Shown: positions 8,686 through 18,205 of the stretch, one piece after another
Position numbering within the stretch: the first letter of the stretch is position 1
How the letters are laid out: every line of letters begins with the position of its first letter
From: Pseudomonas aeruginosa
GTDB lineage: Bacteria; Pseudomonadota; Gammaproteobacteria; Pseudomonadales; Pseudomonadaceae
DNA: 32,000 bases
Reading direction: 5' to 3'
NCBI RefSeq assembly: GCF_001457615.1
Contig: NZ_LN831024.1
Coordinates: 4,680,001-4,712,000, forward strand
Notes under the pieces: model-generated
What the model was told of the DNA's origin: nothing
What the model saw: the letters and a program-made list of their open reading frames with translations, nothing else
The model's database searches: none
Program-made: the position numbers and the translations under genes

Positions 8686-10302
8686 ATGAGCCAACATTAT
8701 CAACACGATGTACTGGTCATCGGCAGCGGCGCCGCCGGCCTGAGTCTGGCCTTGACCCTTCCGGAACACCTGCGCATCGCCGTCCTCAGCAAGGGCGAAC
8801 TGTCGCAGGGCTCGACCTACTGGGCCCAGGGCGGCGTGGCCGCCGTGCTGGACGATACCGACACCGTGGAATCCCACGTCGAGGACACCCTGGTCGCCGG
8901 TGGCGGCCTGTGCCGCGAGGATGCGGTGCGCTTCACCGTGGAGCATAGCCGCGAAGCGATCCAGTGGCTGATCGAACAGGGGGTGCCCTTCACCCGCGAC
9001 GAGCAGCACAACCACGAGGAAGGCAGCTTCGAATACCACCTGACCCGCGAAGGCGGGCACAGCCACCGGCGCATCATCCATGCCGCCGACGCCACCGGCG
9101 CCGCGATCTTCAATACCTTGCTGGCCCAGGCCCGGCGGCGACCGAACATCGAGTTGCTGTCGCAGCGGGTGGCGGTCGACCTGATCACCGAGCGCAAGCT
9201 AGGCCTGCCGAGCAAGCGCTGCCTGGGCGCCTACGTGCTGAATCGGGAAAGCGGCGAAGTCGATACCTTCCGTGCCCGCTTCACCGTGCTGGCCTCCGGT
9301 GGCGCGAGCAAGGTCTACCTTTATACCAGCAATCCCGACGGCAACTCCGGCGACGGCATCGCCATGGCCTGGCGCGCCGGCTGCCGGGTCGGCAACCTGG
9401 AGTTCAACCAGTTCCACCCGACCTGCCTGTACCACCCGCAGGCCAAGAGTTTCCTCATCACCGAGGCATTGCGCGGCGAAGGCGCCCTGCTCCGCCTGCC
9501 CAATGGCGAGCGTTTCATGCCGCGCTTCGACCCGCGTGGCGAGCTGGCGCCCCGAGACATCGTGGCCCGCGCCATCGACCATGAAATGAAGCGTCTGGGG
9601 ATCGACTGTGTCTACCTGGACATCAGCCACAAGCCGGCCGAGTTCATCAAGGCGCACTTCCCCACCGTCTACGAGCGCTGCCTGGACTTCGGCATCGACA
9701 TTACCCAGCAACCGATCCCGGTAGTGCCGGCCGCTCACTATACCTGCGGCGGCGTGCTCGTCGACCAGCACGGGCATACCGACGTGCCGGGCCTCTACGC
9801 CATCGGCGAAACCACCTTCACCGGCCTGCACGGCGCCAACCGCATGGCCAGCAATTCGCTGCTGGAATGCTTCGTCTATGCCCGCTCTGCCGCCGCCGAC
9901 ATGCTCCAGCGCCTGCCCGGCACGCCCGTGCCGGAAAGCCTGCCGAGCTGGGACGCCAGCCAGGTCACCGACTCCGACGAGGACGTGATCATCGCGCACA
10001 ACTGGGACGAACTGCGGCGTTTCATGTGGGACTACGTCGGTATCGTGCGCACCAACAAGCGCCTTCAGCGCGCCCAGCACCGGGTACGCCTGCTGCTCAG
10101 CGAGATCGACGAGTTCTACAGCAACTACAAGGTCAGCCGCGACCTGATCGAGTTGCGCAACCTGGCACTGGTCGCCGAACTGATCATCCGCTCGGCCATG
10201 CAGCGCCGCGAAAGCCGGGGCCTGCACTACACGCTGGATTATCCGGACCTGCTGCCCGAAGCCCGCGACACTATCCTGGTGCCGCCCATCTACGGCGACT
10301 GA
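8686..10302 (+). CDS. nadB: L-aspartate oxidase
   Basis: 538 aa from [23 protein letters not shown] (FAD-binding GSGAAG), [11 protein letters not shown]; ORF track start 8584 is too early. Confidence 0.97.
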   Translation: MSQHYQHDVLVIGSGAAGLSLALTLPEHLRIAVLSKGELSQGSTYWAQGGVAAVLDDTDTVESHVEDTLVAGGGLCREDAVRFTVEHSREAIQWLIEQGVPFTRDEQHNHEEGSFEYHLTREGGHSHRRIIHAADATGAAIFNTLLAQARRRPNIELLSQRVAVDLITERKLGLPSKRCLGAYVLNRESGEVDTFRARFTVLASGGASKVYLYTSNPDGNSGDGIAMAWRAGCRVGNLEFNQFHPTCLYHPQAKSFLITEALRGEGALLRLPNGERFMPRFDPRGELAPRDIVARAIDHEMKRLGIDCVYLDISHKPAEFIKAHFPTVYERCLDFGIDITQQPIPVVPAAHYTCGGVLVDQHGHTDVPGLYAIGETTFTGLHGANRMASNSLLECFVYARSAAADMLQRLPGTPVPESLPSWDASQVTDSDEDVIIAHNWDELRRFMWDYVGIVRTNKRLQRAQHRVRLLLSEIDEFYSNYKVSRDLIELRNLALVAELIIRSAMQRRESRGLHYTLDYPDLLPEARDTILVPPIYGD

Positions 10303-10723
10303 AGCGCAGGCGGACACGCAGGCGCCGATGGCTGTCGGCGCCCAATGCATCGGCCGGGATACAGCAGCCAAGGATGCGCCAGCGGCCCGGCAGGCGCACG
10401 CGCAGTACGATCAGCCAGGGCAACGCCAGGCTGTCAGGGCGCAATTGCACCGCTTGCCAGCCGCTTCCGGCGCTCCACAGCTGCCAGCCCCGCTCGTCAT
10501 GGCGCACGCCGCGGAAGGCCCGCGAGCCGCGCAGCAGTACCTGGCGGTACAGCCCCCAGGCACCGTAGGCCAGGCAGACCAGCGCAAGCGGCGGCTTCAG
10601 CCAGACCGGCAGCGCCGCCAGCAGGATCGACAGCAGCGCCAGGGCCCACAGTGCCAGGCTCGCCGCCAGCAGGATCGGAGAGACCCGCCAGCGGCATTCG
10701 AACGGCTCAATCCGGCTGGACAC
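10271..10723 (-). CDS. YgfX/CptA-like small membrane protein
   Basis: 150 aa, two hydrophobic segments ([39 protein letters not shown]) and conserved gene neighbour sdhE; 17-bp overlap with sdhE. Confidence 0.8.
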   Translation of the reverse strand: MSSRIEPFECRWRVSPILLAASLALWALALLSILLAALPVWLKPPLALVCLAYGAWGLYRQVLLRGSRAFRGVRHDERGWQLWSAGSGWQAVQLRPDSLALPWLIVLRVRLPGRWRILGCCIPADALGADSHRRLRVRLRFSRRRWAAPG

Positions 10724-10961
10724 GGTCCAGGATCATCCGCACCATCCGCCGCAGGTCGGCGTCTTCCGGCTCGCCGCGCTGCATGAACCAACCGAACATG
10801 TCCTGGTCCTCGCACTCCAGCAGCCTGCGGAAGCGCGCCTGGTCCTCGGCGTCCAGGCCCGGGTAAACCTCCTGCACGAAAGGCACCAGCAGCACATCCA
10901 GTTCCAGCATGCCGCGACGGCTGTGCCAGTAGAGTCGTTTCAGTTCGGTTTCATCTGCCAT
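10707..10961 (-). CDS. sdhE: SdhE/YgfY, FAD assembly factor
   Basis: 84 aa; [17 protein letters not shown] contains the RGxxE motif of the SdhE family. Confidence 0.93.
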   Translation of the reverse strand: MADETELKRLYWHSRRGMLELDVLLVPFVQEVYPGLDAEDQARFRRLLECEDQDMFGWFMQRGEPEDADLRRMVRMILDRVQPD

Positions 10962-10987
10962 GTTCGGGCTCCTCGAAAACGCCCGGC

Positions 10988-10993
10988 ATTATA
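10988..10993 (-). promoter_or_regulatory. Possible -10 element for sdhE-ygfX
   Basis: Perfect TATAAT on the minus strand, 26 bp before the sdhE ATG; no convincing -35. Confidence 0.4.
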
Positions 10994-11170
10994 GGGCGGT
11001 TGCGCTCGAATGGCGCGGCCCGATGACGAGGCGTCGCTCTGCCGGCGTCCGCCCTTGGTCGTATTGCCCGGCAAACCAAGGGTATCCGCGCGGGCCGCAG
11101 GCCCATGCCGACGGCGGCCTCGGAAGTGTCCGACAACCGTCAAGGCGGATGCGCCAGGCATTCTTGCCCG

Positions 11171-11199
11171 CTGACAAGCCTCGGACCGAGTTCTATGAT
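11171..11199 (+). promoter_or_regulatory. Predicted sigma-70 promoter for ygfZ
   Basis: CTGACA-N17-TATGAT (-35 at 11171-11176, -10 at 11194-11199), 34 bp before ATG. Confidence 0.6.
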
Positions 11200-11233
11200 G
11201 ACGGTCCTGACTGACTGACCGCGCAGCATCGCA

Positions 11234-12178
11234 ATGGCCGACCCCGCTTTCCACACCCCGCTAGTCCATGAAGGCATCCTCGCCGTCCGCGGCCCTGACG
11301 CCGCCAAGTTCCTCCAGGGCCAGCTGACCTGCAACCTCGCCTACCTCAACGACGAGACCTCCAGCCTCGGCGGCCGCTGCAACATCAAGGGCCGCCTGCT
11401 ATCGAGCTTCCGCATCCTGCCCGAGGGCGACGGCCTGCTGCTGGCGATGGCCGGCGAGCTGCTCGAGGCCCAGTTGGCGGACCTGAAGAAATACGCCGTA
11501 TTCTCCAAGGCCAGCCTTGCCGACGAGAGCGCAGCCTGGCTCCGCATAGGCTTGCGCGACGCCAGCGAGGCACTGCGCGCCCTGGGGATAGACACCCCGG
11601 CGGAGAGCGGCAGGATCGCCCGCCACGGCGACCTGCTCGCCGTCGCCCTGGGCGACGCCCGCGTCGAGCTATGGGTTCCGGCGCAGCGCGCCGAGGCGGT
11701 GCTTGCCACGCTCCGCGAGCACAGCCGCGAGGCGCCGCTCGACGATTGGCTGCTCGGCCAGGTGCGCGCAGGCATCGGCCAGGTGTTCGGCGCTACCCGC
11801 GAGCTGTTCATCCCACAGATGATCAACCTGCAGGCGGTCGGCGGGGTCAGCTTCAAGAAGGGCTGCTATACCGGCCAGGAAATCGTCGCCCGCATGCAGT
11901 ATCTCGGCCGCCTCAAGCGCCGCCTGTATCGCCTGGCGCTGGACGCAGACGAGGTGCCGGCGCCCGGCACCGGGCTGTTCTCGCCAGTCCATTCCACCAG
12001 CGTCGGCGAAGTGGTACTGGCCGCCCGTACGCCGGAGAACAGCGTGGAATTGCTCGCCGTGCTGCAGGACGACGCCGTCGCCGACGGCCGGATCAGCCTC
12101 GGAAGCGCCGAAGGAGCGCCGCTCGTCCTCCTCAATCTGCCTTACACGCTGGACAGCGACCGCGAAATCCAGCGCTGA
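11234..12178 (+). CDS. ygfZ: YgfZ family folate-binding protein (Fe-S cluster / tRNA modification)
   Basis: 314 aa with the family signature KGCYTGQEIVARMQYLG. Confidence 0.93.
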   Translation: MADPAFHTPLVHEGILAVRGPDAAKFLQGQLTCNLAYLNDETSSLGGRCNIKGRLLSSFRILPEGDGLLLAMAGELLEAQLADLKKYAVFSKASLADESAAWLRIGLRDASEALRALGIDTPAESGRIARHGDLLAVALGDARVELWVPAQRAEAVLATLREHSREAPLDDWLLGQVRAGIGQVFGATRELFIPQMINLQAVGGVSFKKGCYTGQEIVARMQYLGRLKRRLYRLALDADEVPAPGTGLFSPVHSTSVGEVVLAARTPENSVELLAVLQDDAVADGRISLGSAEGAPLVLLNLPYTLDSDREIQR

Positions 12179-12194
12179 CCGTAAACTGTGCCTC

Positions 12195-12210
12195 GCCGTC
12201 CGCGGACGGC
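12195..12210. repeat. Perfect 16-bp palindrome
   Basis: GCCGTCCGCGGACGGC, between the ygfZ stop and the HDOD gene. Confidence 0.8.
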
Positions 12211-12278
12211 CCGCCAGTATTCCCATGGCCGGTGCACGTACAGCGTGCTCCGGCCATTGCGTTTTCAAAGGAAATGCC

Positions 12279-13115
12279 ATGAGCAAGCTTGCCGACAAAG
12301 TCCAACAGGACCTGATCCGCGCCATCGATCAGGATGAACTGGTGCTGCCGACCCTGCCCGAAGTGGCCCTGCAGGTCCGCGAGGCGGCGGAGGACCCGGA
12401 TGTCAGCATCCAGGCCCTGAGCAAGGTGATCGGCAACGACGCGGCGCTGACCGCGCGCATCATCCGCGTGGTGAACAGTCCGCTGCTGCGCAGCCCGAAG
12501 GAAATCACCGACCTGCAGATGGCGATCAGCCGGTTGGGCATCAACTACACCTGCAACCTGGCCACCGGCCTGGCCATGGAGCAGATGTTCCAGGCCACCA
12601 CCGACGTGGTCGACCGCAAGATGCGCGAAGTCTGGAACAAGAGCACCGAGATCGCCGGCATCTGCCACGTGCTGGCCCGTCACTACACCCGCCTGGCGCC
12701 GGACCAGGCGACCCTGGCCGGGCTGGTGCACCAGATCGGCGTGCTGCCGATCCTCACCTACGCCGAGGATCACAACGAGCTGCTGTCGGACTCCATCAGC
12801 CTGAGCCACGTGATCGAGCGCATCCATCCGCTGATCGGCGAGCGCATCCTCAAGGCCTGGGATTTCCCCGCGCCGATCGCCGAGGTCCCGCGCCAGCACC
12901 TGGACTTCACCCGCAACTCGCCGCGCGCCGACTATACCGACCTGGTCCAGGTCGCCACCCTGCAGAGCTACCTTGGCAGCGAGCATCCCTATACCCGCCT
13001 GGACTGGAGCCAGATCCCGGCGTTCGCCAAGCTCGGCCTCGAGCCGACCGTCGACATGAAGGAAGACGAGGACCTCTCCAGCGCCCTGGAAGCCGCCACC
13101 AGCATGCTGCAATAG
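12279..13115 (+). CDS. HDOD domain signalling protein
   Basis: 278 aa from MSKLADKVQQDLIRAIDQDELVLPTLPEVALQVREAAEDPDVSIQALSKVIGNDAALTARIIRVVNSP, typical HDOD domain. Confidence 0.9.
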   Translation: MSKLADKVQQDLIRAIDQDELVLPTLPEVALQVREAAEDPDVSIQALSKVIGNDAALTARIIRVVNSPLLRSPKEITDLQMAISRLGINYTCNLATGLAMEQMFQATTDVVDRKMREVWNKSTEIAGICHVLARHYTRLAPDQATLAGLVHQIGVLPILTYAEDHNELLSDSISLSHVIERIHPLIGERILKAWDFPAPIAEVPRQHLDFTRNSPRADYTDLVQVATLQSYLGSEHPYTRLDWSQIPAFAKLGLEPTVDMKEDEDLSSALEAATSMLQ

Positions 13116-13122
13116 GCCCGCT

Positions 13123-14505
13123 CTACTCCGCCGGGAAGCGCACCCGCACCAGCAAGCCACCCAGTTCGCCCTGGTCGAGCTGGATCTGCGCCCGGTGCGC
13201 CCGGCAGACCTCGCCGACGATCGCCAGCCCCAGGCCGCTGCCGGGGCTGTCGCCGCGCCGGTAGAAGCGCTGGAAGACCCGCTCGCGGTCGGCGGCGGGA
13301 ATTCCCGGACCATCGTCTTCCACTTCCAGCACGCCCCCCTCCAGCACCCTGAGGATCACGTTGCCGCCCTGCGGGGTGTGCGCCAGCGCGTTGTCCAGGA
13401 GGTTGCTGAGCAATTCGTTGAGCAGCGTCGGTTCACCCTGGATCCACACCGGCCCGGCGCTTTCCAGCGCCAGCGAGGCTCCCCGCGCATAGGCCAGCGG
13501 CGCCAGCGCCAGGCCCAGCTCCCGGGCCAGGGCGGTCAGGTCGATACGCTCGGCGCCACCCTCGGCGATGGCCTGGGCGCCGCTTTCGATGCGCGCCAGG
13601 GAGAGCAGCTGGTTGGCCAGGTGGATCAGGCGGTCGGTGTTCTTCGCCGTGGTCTCCAGGGTCGAACGCCAGGCTTCCGGCTCCTGCTCGCGCAGGCCCA
13701 GTTCCAGGCGCGCCTTGAGCGCCGCCAGCGGGGTGCGCAACTCGTGGGCGGCATCGGCGATGAACTGCGACTGCCGCTCGAACAGGCTGCGCAGGCGCTG
13801 GGTGAAGTGGTTCAGCGACTCCACCAGCGGCCGCAATTCATGCTGGACCTCGAGCATCGGCAACGGCCGCAGGTCGTCCGGCTGGCGCTCTTCCACCTCG
13901 CGGCGCAGGCGATCCAGCGGACGCAGCGCGGCGCTCACCGCCAGCCACACCAGCACCAGCGCGCCGACGCCGAGGACGCCCAGGCGCAGCAGGGTATCGG
14001 TCATCAGGCTGCGCGCCATGCGCTCGCGGGCGCCTTCGGTCTCCGCCACGCGGATCTCCGCCATGCCGCTCATGCTCGGTTCGCTGACCGGTTGCAGCAG
14101 GCTCACCACGCGTACGTCGACGCCCTGGTAGACGCCGTCATAGAACTTGGCCAGGGCCGGGTAGTCGTCGGTGCGCAGGGTATCGGCGGGTGCCGCCGGA
14201 AGATTCTCGTAGCCGGAGATCATCCGTCCGTGGATGTCGTTGACCTGGTAGAAGATCCGCCCGGCGCTGTCGTAGGCGAAGGTATCCAGTGCCACGTAGG
14301 GGACGTCGGCGCGCAGGGTGCCGTCCTTCTCGTAGAGCCCGTCGGCGATCGCCCGCGCCGAGGCCAGCAAGGTCCGGTCGTAGGCGGTGTCGGCCACCTC
14401 GCGACCGTTCCAGTAGGCGCTCAGGCCGCTCGCCAGGAGCACCAGCAGCAGGAGCAGGGCCAGCCACAGCAGCAGCCTTCCGCGCAGGCTGCCGGCATCA
14501 GTCAC
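13123..14505 (-). CDS. tctE: TctE-like sensor histidine kinase
   Basis: 460 aa; two TM segments, H-box FIADAAHELRTPLAALKARLELG, N/G boxes LLDNALAHTP, EDDGPGIP, GSGLGLAIV; adjacent to tctD. Confidence 0.9.
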   Translation of the reverse strand: MTDAGSLRGRLLLWLALLLLLVLLASGLSAYWNGREVADTAYDRTLLASARAIADGLYEKDGTLRADVPYVALDTFAYDSAGRIFYQVNDIHGRMISGYENLPAAPADTLRTDDYPALAKFYDGVYQGVDVRVVSLLQPVSEPSMSGMAEIRVAETEGARERMARSLMTDTLLRLGVLGVGALVLVWLAVSAALRPLDRLRREVEERQPDDLRPLPMLEVQHELRPLVESLNHFTQRLRSLFERQSQFIADAAHELRTPLAALKARLELGLREQEPEAWRSTLETTAKNTDRLIHLANQLLSLARIESGAQAIAEGGAERIDLTALARELGLALAPLAYARGASLALESAGPVWIQGEPTLLNELLSNLLDNALAHTPQGGNVILRVLEGGVLEVEDDGPGIPAADRERVFQRFYRRGDSPGSGLGLAIVGEVCRAHRAQIQLDQGELGGLLVRVRFPAE

Positions 14506-15169
14506 CCTGCGCCTCCAGCAGGTAGCCGAGGCCGCGGAAGGTGACGATGCGCACGGCGCCGCCTTCCAGCTTCTTGCGCAGGCGGTGGACGTAGATCTCG
14601 ATGGCGTCGGCGCTGGCCTCCTCGTCCAGGCCGAAGACCTGGGCGGCCAGTTGCTCCTTGCTCATCACCCGCCCCGGACGGGCGATCATCGCTTCCAGCA
14701 CCGCCTGTTCCCGCGAGGTCAGGGTCAGCGGCTGCTCGTCGAGGCTGAAGCGCCGGGTGCCGAGGTCGTAGACCAGGGCGCCGCAGCGCTGCAACTGTTC
14801 GCCACCGAGCACGCTGCGGCGCAGCAGGGCCTTGACCCGCGCCTCCAGCTCGGACAGTTCGAAAGGCTTTGCCAGGTAGTCGTCGGCGCCGAGATTGAGG
14901 CCGTGCACCCGGTCCTTCACCTCGCCGCGCGCAGTCAGCATCAGCACCGGCAGGGTCTTGCCGCGCCCGCGCAGGCGCGCCAGCACCTCGAAGCCGTCCA
15001 TCCGCGGCAGGCCGACGTCGAGGATCGCCAGGGCGTACTCCTCGCTGGCCAGGGCCAGGTCGGCGGCCACCCCGTCCTGCAGCAGGTCTACCGTCCAGCC
15101 GGCGCCCTTGAGCGCCTGGACCACGCTTTCGGCGAGCTGCGGATGATCTTCCACCAGAAGGATGCGCAT
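14498..15169 (-). CDS. tctD: TctD-like OmpR-family response regulator
   Basis: 223 aa from MRILLVEDHPQLAESVVQALKGAGW; receiver domain (LDVGLPRMDG, ...LGADDYLAKPF) and winged-helix C-terminus; true start well inside the 730-aa ORF. Confidence 0.93.
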   Translation of the reverse strand: MRILLVEDHPQLAESVVQALKGAGWTVDLLQDGVAADLALASEEYALAILDVGLPRMDGFEVLARLRGRGKTLPVLMLTARGEVKDRVHGLNLGADDYLAKPFELSELEARVKALLRRSVLGGEQLQRCGALVYDLGTRRFSLDEQPLTLTSREQAVLEAMIARPGRVMSKEQLAAQVFGLDEEASADAIEIYVHRLRKKLEGGAVRIVTFRGLGYLLEAQGD

Positions 15170-15262
15170 GGACGGTTCTCCACCACCGGATGAGGGCACA
15201 AGAGGCGAAGTGTACCGGGGAAAACCCTCCGGTAAATGGCTTCTCTGCCACCGGGGATTGCT

Positions 15263-15284
15263 GAAAGCCTGGCGAAAGCTTGGC
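15263..15284 (+). promoter_or_regulatory. Tandem 11-bp direct repeat, candidate TctD operator
   Basis: GAAAGCCTGGC (15263-15273) immediately followed by GAAAGCTTGGC (15274-15284), 10/11 identical, in the tctD-opdH divergent region. Confidence 0.55.
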
Positions 15285-15379
15285 GTCTTAGGATCAGTCG
15301 ATGGACGGCGCAGATCGTCCGCCAAAACGCCCTGCAGCGTGGTGCTCGGCGTACAAGAACAAGAATCGGAGACCACTGC

Positions 15380-16663
15380 ATGTCGACTTCCCTGCCGCAG
15401 GCCGCAAGGTCTGTACGTTCGTCCCGCAGCACCACCCTGACCACCACCGCCGTCGTGCTCGCCGGCATCGCGCCCCTGGGCAACGCCGCCGGCTTCCTCG
15501 AAGACAGCAAGGCCAGCCTGGAAACCCGCAACTTCTACATGAACCGCGACTTCCGCGACGGCCCCGGCCAGTCCAAGCGCGAGGAGTGGGCGCAAGGCTT
15601 CATCCTCAACCTGCAGTCCGGCTACACCCAGGGCACCGTCGGCTTCGGCCTCGACGCCATGGGCATGCTCGGCGTCAAGCTCGACTCCGGCCGCGGCCGC
15701 AGCGGTACCGGACTGCTGCCGAAGGATTCCGACGGCCGCGCGCCGGACACCTACTCGAAACTGGGCCTGACCGCCAAGGTCAAGGTCTCGCAGAGCGAGC
15801 TGAAGGTCGGCACGCTGATTCCGAAGCTGCCATCGGTACAACCGAACAACGGGCGGATCTTCCCGCAGATATTCGAAGGCGCGCTGCTCACCTCGAAGGA
15901 GATCAAGGACCTCGGCTTCACCGCCGGGCGCCTGGAAAAGACCAAGATCCGCGACTCCAGCGACTCCGAGGACCTCGCGCTGAACGACAAGAACGGCCGC
16001 TTCGCCGGGGTCAGCGCCGATCACTTCGACCTCGGCGGACTGGACTACAAGCTCACCGACCAACTCACCGCCAGCTATCACTACAGCAACCTGCAGGACG
16101 TCTACCGCCAGCACTTCGTCGGCCTGCTGCACAGCTGGCCGATCGGTCCCGGCGAACTGACCAGCGACCTGCGCTTCGCCCGCAGCACCGACAGCGGCTC
16201 GGCCAAGGCCGGCGGCATCGACAACAAGTCGCTCAACGGCATGTTCACCTACAGCCTTGGCAACCATGCCTTCGGTGCGGCCTGGCAGCGAATGAACGGC
16301 GACGACGCCTTCCCCTACCTGGAAGGCAGCAACCCGTACCTGGTCAACTTCGTCCAGGTCAACGACTTCGCCGGCCCCAAGGAGCGCTCCTGGCAACTGC
16401 GCTACGACTACGACTTCGTCGGCCTCGGCATTCCCGGCCTGACCTTCATGACCCGCTACGTCAAGGGCGACAATGTCGAACTCGCCGGGCAGCGCGGCGA
16501 AGGCCGCGAATGGGAACGCAACACCGAACTGCAGTACGTGTTCCAGAGCGGCGCGCTGAAGAACCTCGGAATCCGCTGGCGCAACGCGACCTTCCGTTCC
16601 AATTTCACCCGCGACATCGATGAGAACCGCCTGATCGTCAGCTATACCCTGCCGATCTGGTAA
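15380..16663 (+). CDS. opdH: OprD-family outer membrane porin OpdH (tricarboxylate/cis-aconitate)
   Basis: 427 aa from MSTSLPQAARSV; mature FLEDSKASLETRNFYMNRDFRDG...VSYTLPIW typical of the OprD family; linked to tctCBA. Confidence 0.93.
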   Translation: MSTSLPQAARSVRSSRSTTLTTTAVVLAGIAPLGNAAGFLEDSKASLETRNFYMNRDFRDGPGQSKREEWAQGFILNLQSGYTQGTVGFGLDAMGMLGVKLDSGRGRSGTGLLPKDSDGRAPDTYSKLGLTAKVKVSQSELKVGTLIPKLPSVQPNNGRIFPQIFEGALLTSKEIKDLGFTAGRLEKTKIRDSSDSEDLALNDKNGRFAGVSADHFDLGGLDYKLTDQLTASYHYSNLQDVYRQHFVGLLHSWPIGPGELTSDLRFARSTDSGSAKAGGIDNKSLNGMFTYSLGNHAFGAAWQRMNGDDAFPYLEGSNPYLVNFVQVNDFAGPKERSWQLRYDYDFVGLGIPGLTFMTRYVKGDNVELAGQRGEGREWERNTELQYVFQSGALKNLGIRWRNATFRSNFTRDIDENRLIVSYTLPIW

Positions 16664-16692
16664 GCCAGAACAAGAACTCCACAGGAGCACCG

Positions 16693-17676
16693 ATGATGAT
16701 GAAACTGTCTTTTCGTCCCCTCGCCTTGGTTGCCGCCGGCCTGCTGCTGGCCGGCGCCGCCGTGGCCGAACCCAAGCGTCCCGAATGCATCGCCCCGGCG
16801 TCCCCCGGCGGCGGTTTCGACCTCACCTGCAAGCTGGCCCAGAGCGCCCTGGTCGAGGCCAAGCTGCTGAGCAAGCCGATGCGCGTCACCTACATGCCCG
16901 GCGGCGTCGGCGCGGTCGCCTATAACGCGGTGGTCGCCCAACGCCCGGGCGACGCCGGCACCATCACCGCCTTCTCCAGCGGCTCGCTGCTGAATCTGGC
17001 CCAGGGCAAGTTCGGCCGCTTCGACGAGAACGCGGTGAAATGGCTGGCCGCCATCGGCACCAGCTACGGCGCCATCGCGGTACGCACCGACTCGCCCTAC
17101 AAGAACCTCGACGACCTGGTGAAGGCGCTCAAGGCCGACCCGAGCAAGGTGGTGATCGGCTCCGGCGGCACCGTCGGCAGCCAGGACTGGATGCAGACCG
17201 CGCTGATCGCCAAGGCCGCCGGGATCAATCCGCGCGACCTGCGCTACGTGGCCCTGGAAGGCGGCGGCGAGATCGCCACCGCGCTGCTCGGCGGGCACAT
17301 CCAGGTCGGCAGCACCGACATTTCCGACTCCATGCCGCACATCCTCAGCGGCGACATGCGCCTGCTCGCGGTGTTCTCCGAAGAACGCCTGCCGGAGGCG
17401 GCGATGGCCAACATCCCCACCGCCAAGGAACAGGGCTACGACATCGTCTGGCCGGTGGTTCGCGGGTTCTACCTCGGGCCGAAGGTCAGCGACGAAGACT
17501 ACGCCTGGTGGAAGAACGCCTTCGACCAACTGCTGGCCTCCGAGGACTTCGCCAAGCTGCGCGACCAGCGCGAGCTGTTCCCCTTCGCCATGACCGGCGA
17601 GGAACTCGACGGCTACGTGAAGCAGCAGGTCCAGCAGTACAAGCAACTGGCCAAGGACTTCGGCCTGATCCAGTAA
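16693..17676 (+). CDS. tctC: TctC-type periplasmic tricarboxylate-binding protein
   Basis: 327 aa, signal peptide, IAPASPGGGFDLTCKLAQ; SD AGGAG upstream; next to TctB and TctA. Confidence 0.92.
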   Translation: MMMKLSFRPLALVAAGLLLAGAAVAEPKRPECIAPASPGGGFDLTCKLAQSALVEAKLLSKPMRVTYMPGGVGAVAYNAVVAQRPGDAGTITAFSSGSLLNLAQGKFGRFDENAVKWLAAIGTSYGAIAVRTDSPYKNLDDLVKALKADPSKVVIGSGGTVGSQDWMQTALIAKAAGINPRDLRYVALEGGGEIATALLGGHIQVGSTDISDSMPHILSGDMRLLAVFSEERLPEAAMANIPTAKEQGYDIVWPVVRGFYLGPKVSDEDYAWWKNAFDQLLASEDFAKLRDQRELFPFAMTGEELDGYVKQQVQQYKQLAKDFGLIQ

Positions 17677-17724
17677 GCCAGCCCGCGCGCGGCCGGACCC
17701 CGGCCGCGCCACGAGGATCGTCCC

Positions 17725-18195
17725 ATGACCCGTTCCAACCTGTACCAGCGCCTGTTCGCCGGGCTCTGGCTGCTCGCCTGCGTCGGCCTGGCGGTCGCCG
17801 GCTGGCGTTACCAGGCGCCGTTTTCCTACGAACCGGTCGGCCCGCGCGCCTACCCGCTGCTCTGCCTGGCGCTGATGGGCGCCGGCCTGGCGTGGCTGAT
17901 CGCGCGGCCGACGCCGATCCGCCACGCCGAGGACGAACAACCGCTGGGCGGCGCCGTGCTGCTCAAGGTGCTCGCCTGCATCGCCCTGCTGCTGGTGTTC
18001 GCCGGCCTGTTCGAAACGCTCGGCTTCATCCTCAGCGCCGCCCTGGTCGGCTCCTGCATGGCCATTCTCTACGGCGCCCGGCCAATCCCTGCGGTGGTCA
18101 CCGCGAGCCTGCTCGGGATCGGCCTCTACTGGCTGTTCGACCGCGCCCTGGACGTCCCGCTGCCGCTGGGCGTTCTCGACTTCCTGCCGCTGTGA
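17725..18195 (+). CDS. tctB: TctB-type small membrane subunit
   Basis: 156 aa with four hydrophobic segments, between tctC and tctA. Confidence 0.88.
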   Translation: MTRSNLYQRLFAGLWLLACVGLAVAGWRYQAPFSYEPVGPRAYPLLCLALMGAGLAWLIARPTPIRHAEDEQPLGGAVLLKVLACIALLLVFAGLFETLGFILSAALVGSCMAILYGARPIPAVVTASLLGIGLYWLFDRALDVPLPLGVLDFLPL

Positions 18196-18205
18196 GGACT
18201 TCGTG

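Noticed and set aside
12132-13313. 393-aa minus ORF overlapping the HDOD gene
   Set aside because: Shadow ORF; the plus strand encodes a clear HDOD protein.
14498-16690. 730-aa minus ORF
   Set aside because: Only the C-terminal 223 aa (14498-15169) is tctD; the rest is the antisense frame of opdH, low-complexity and without family motifs, caused by high GC.
16642-17940. 432-aa minus ORF
   Set aside because: Antisense to tctC and part of tctB; no motifs.
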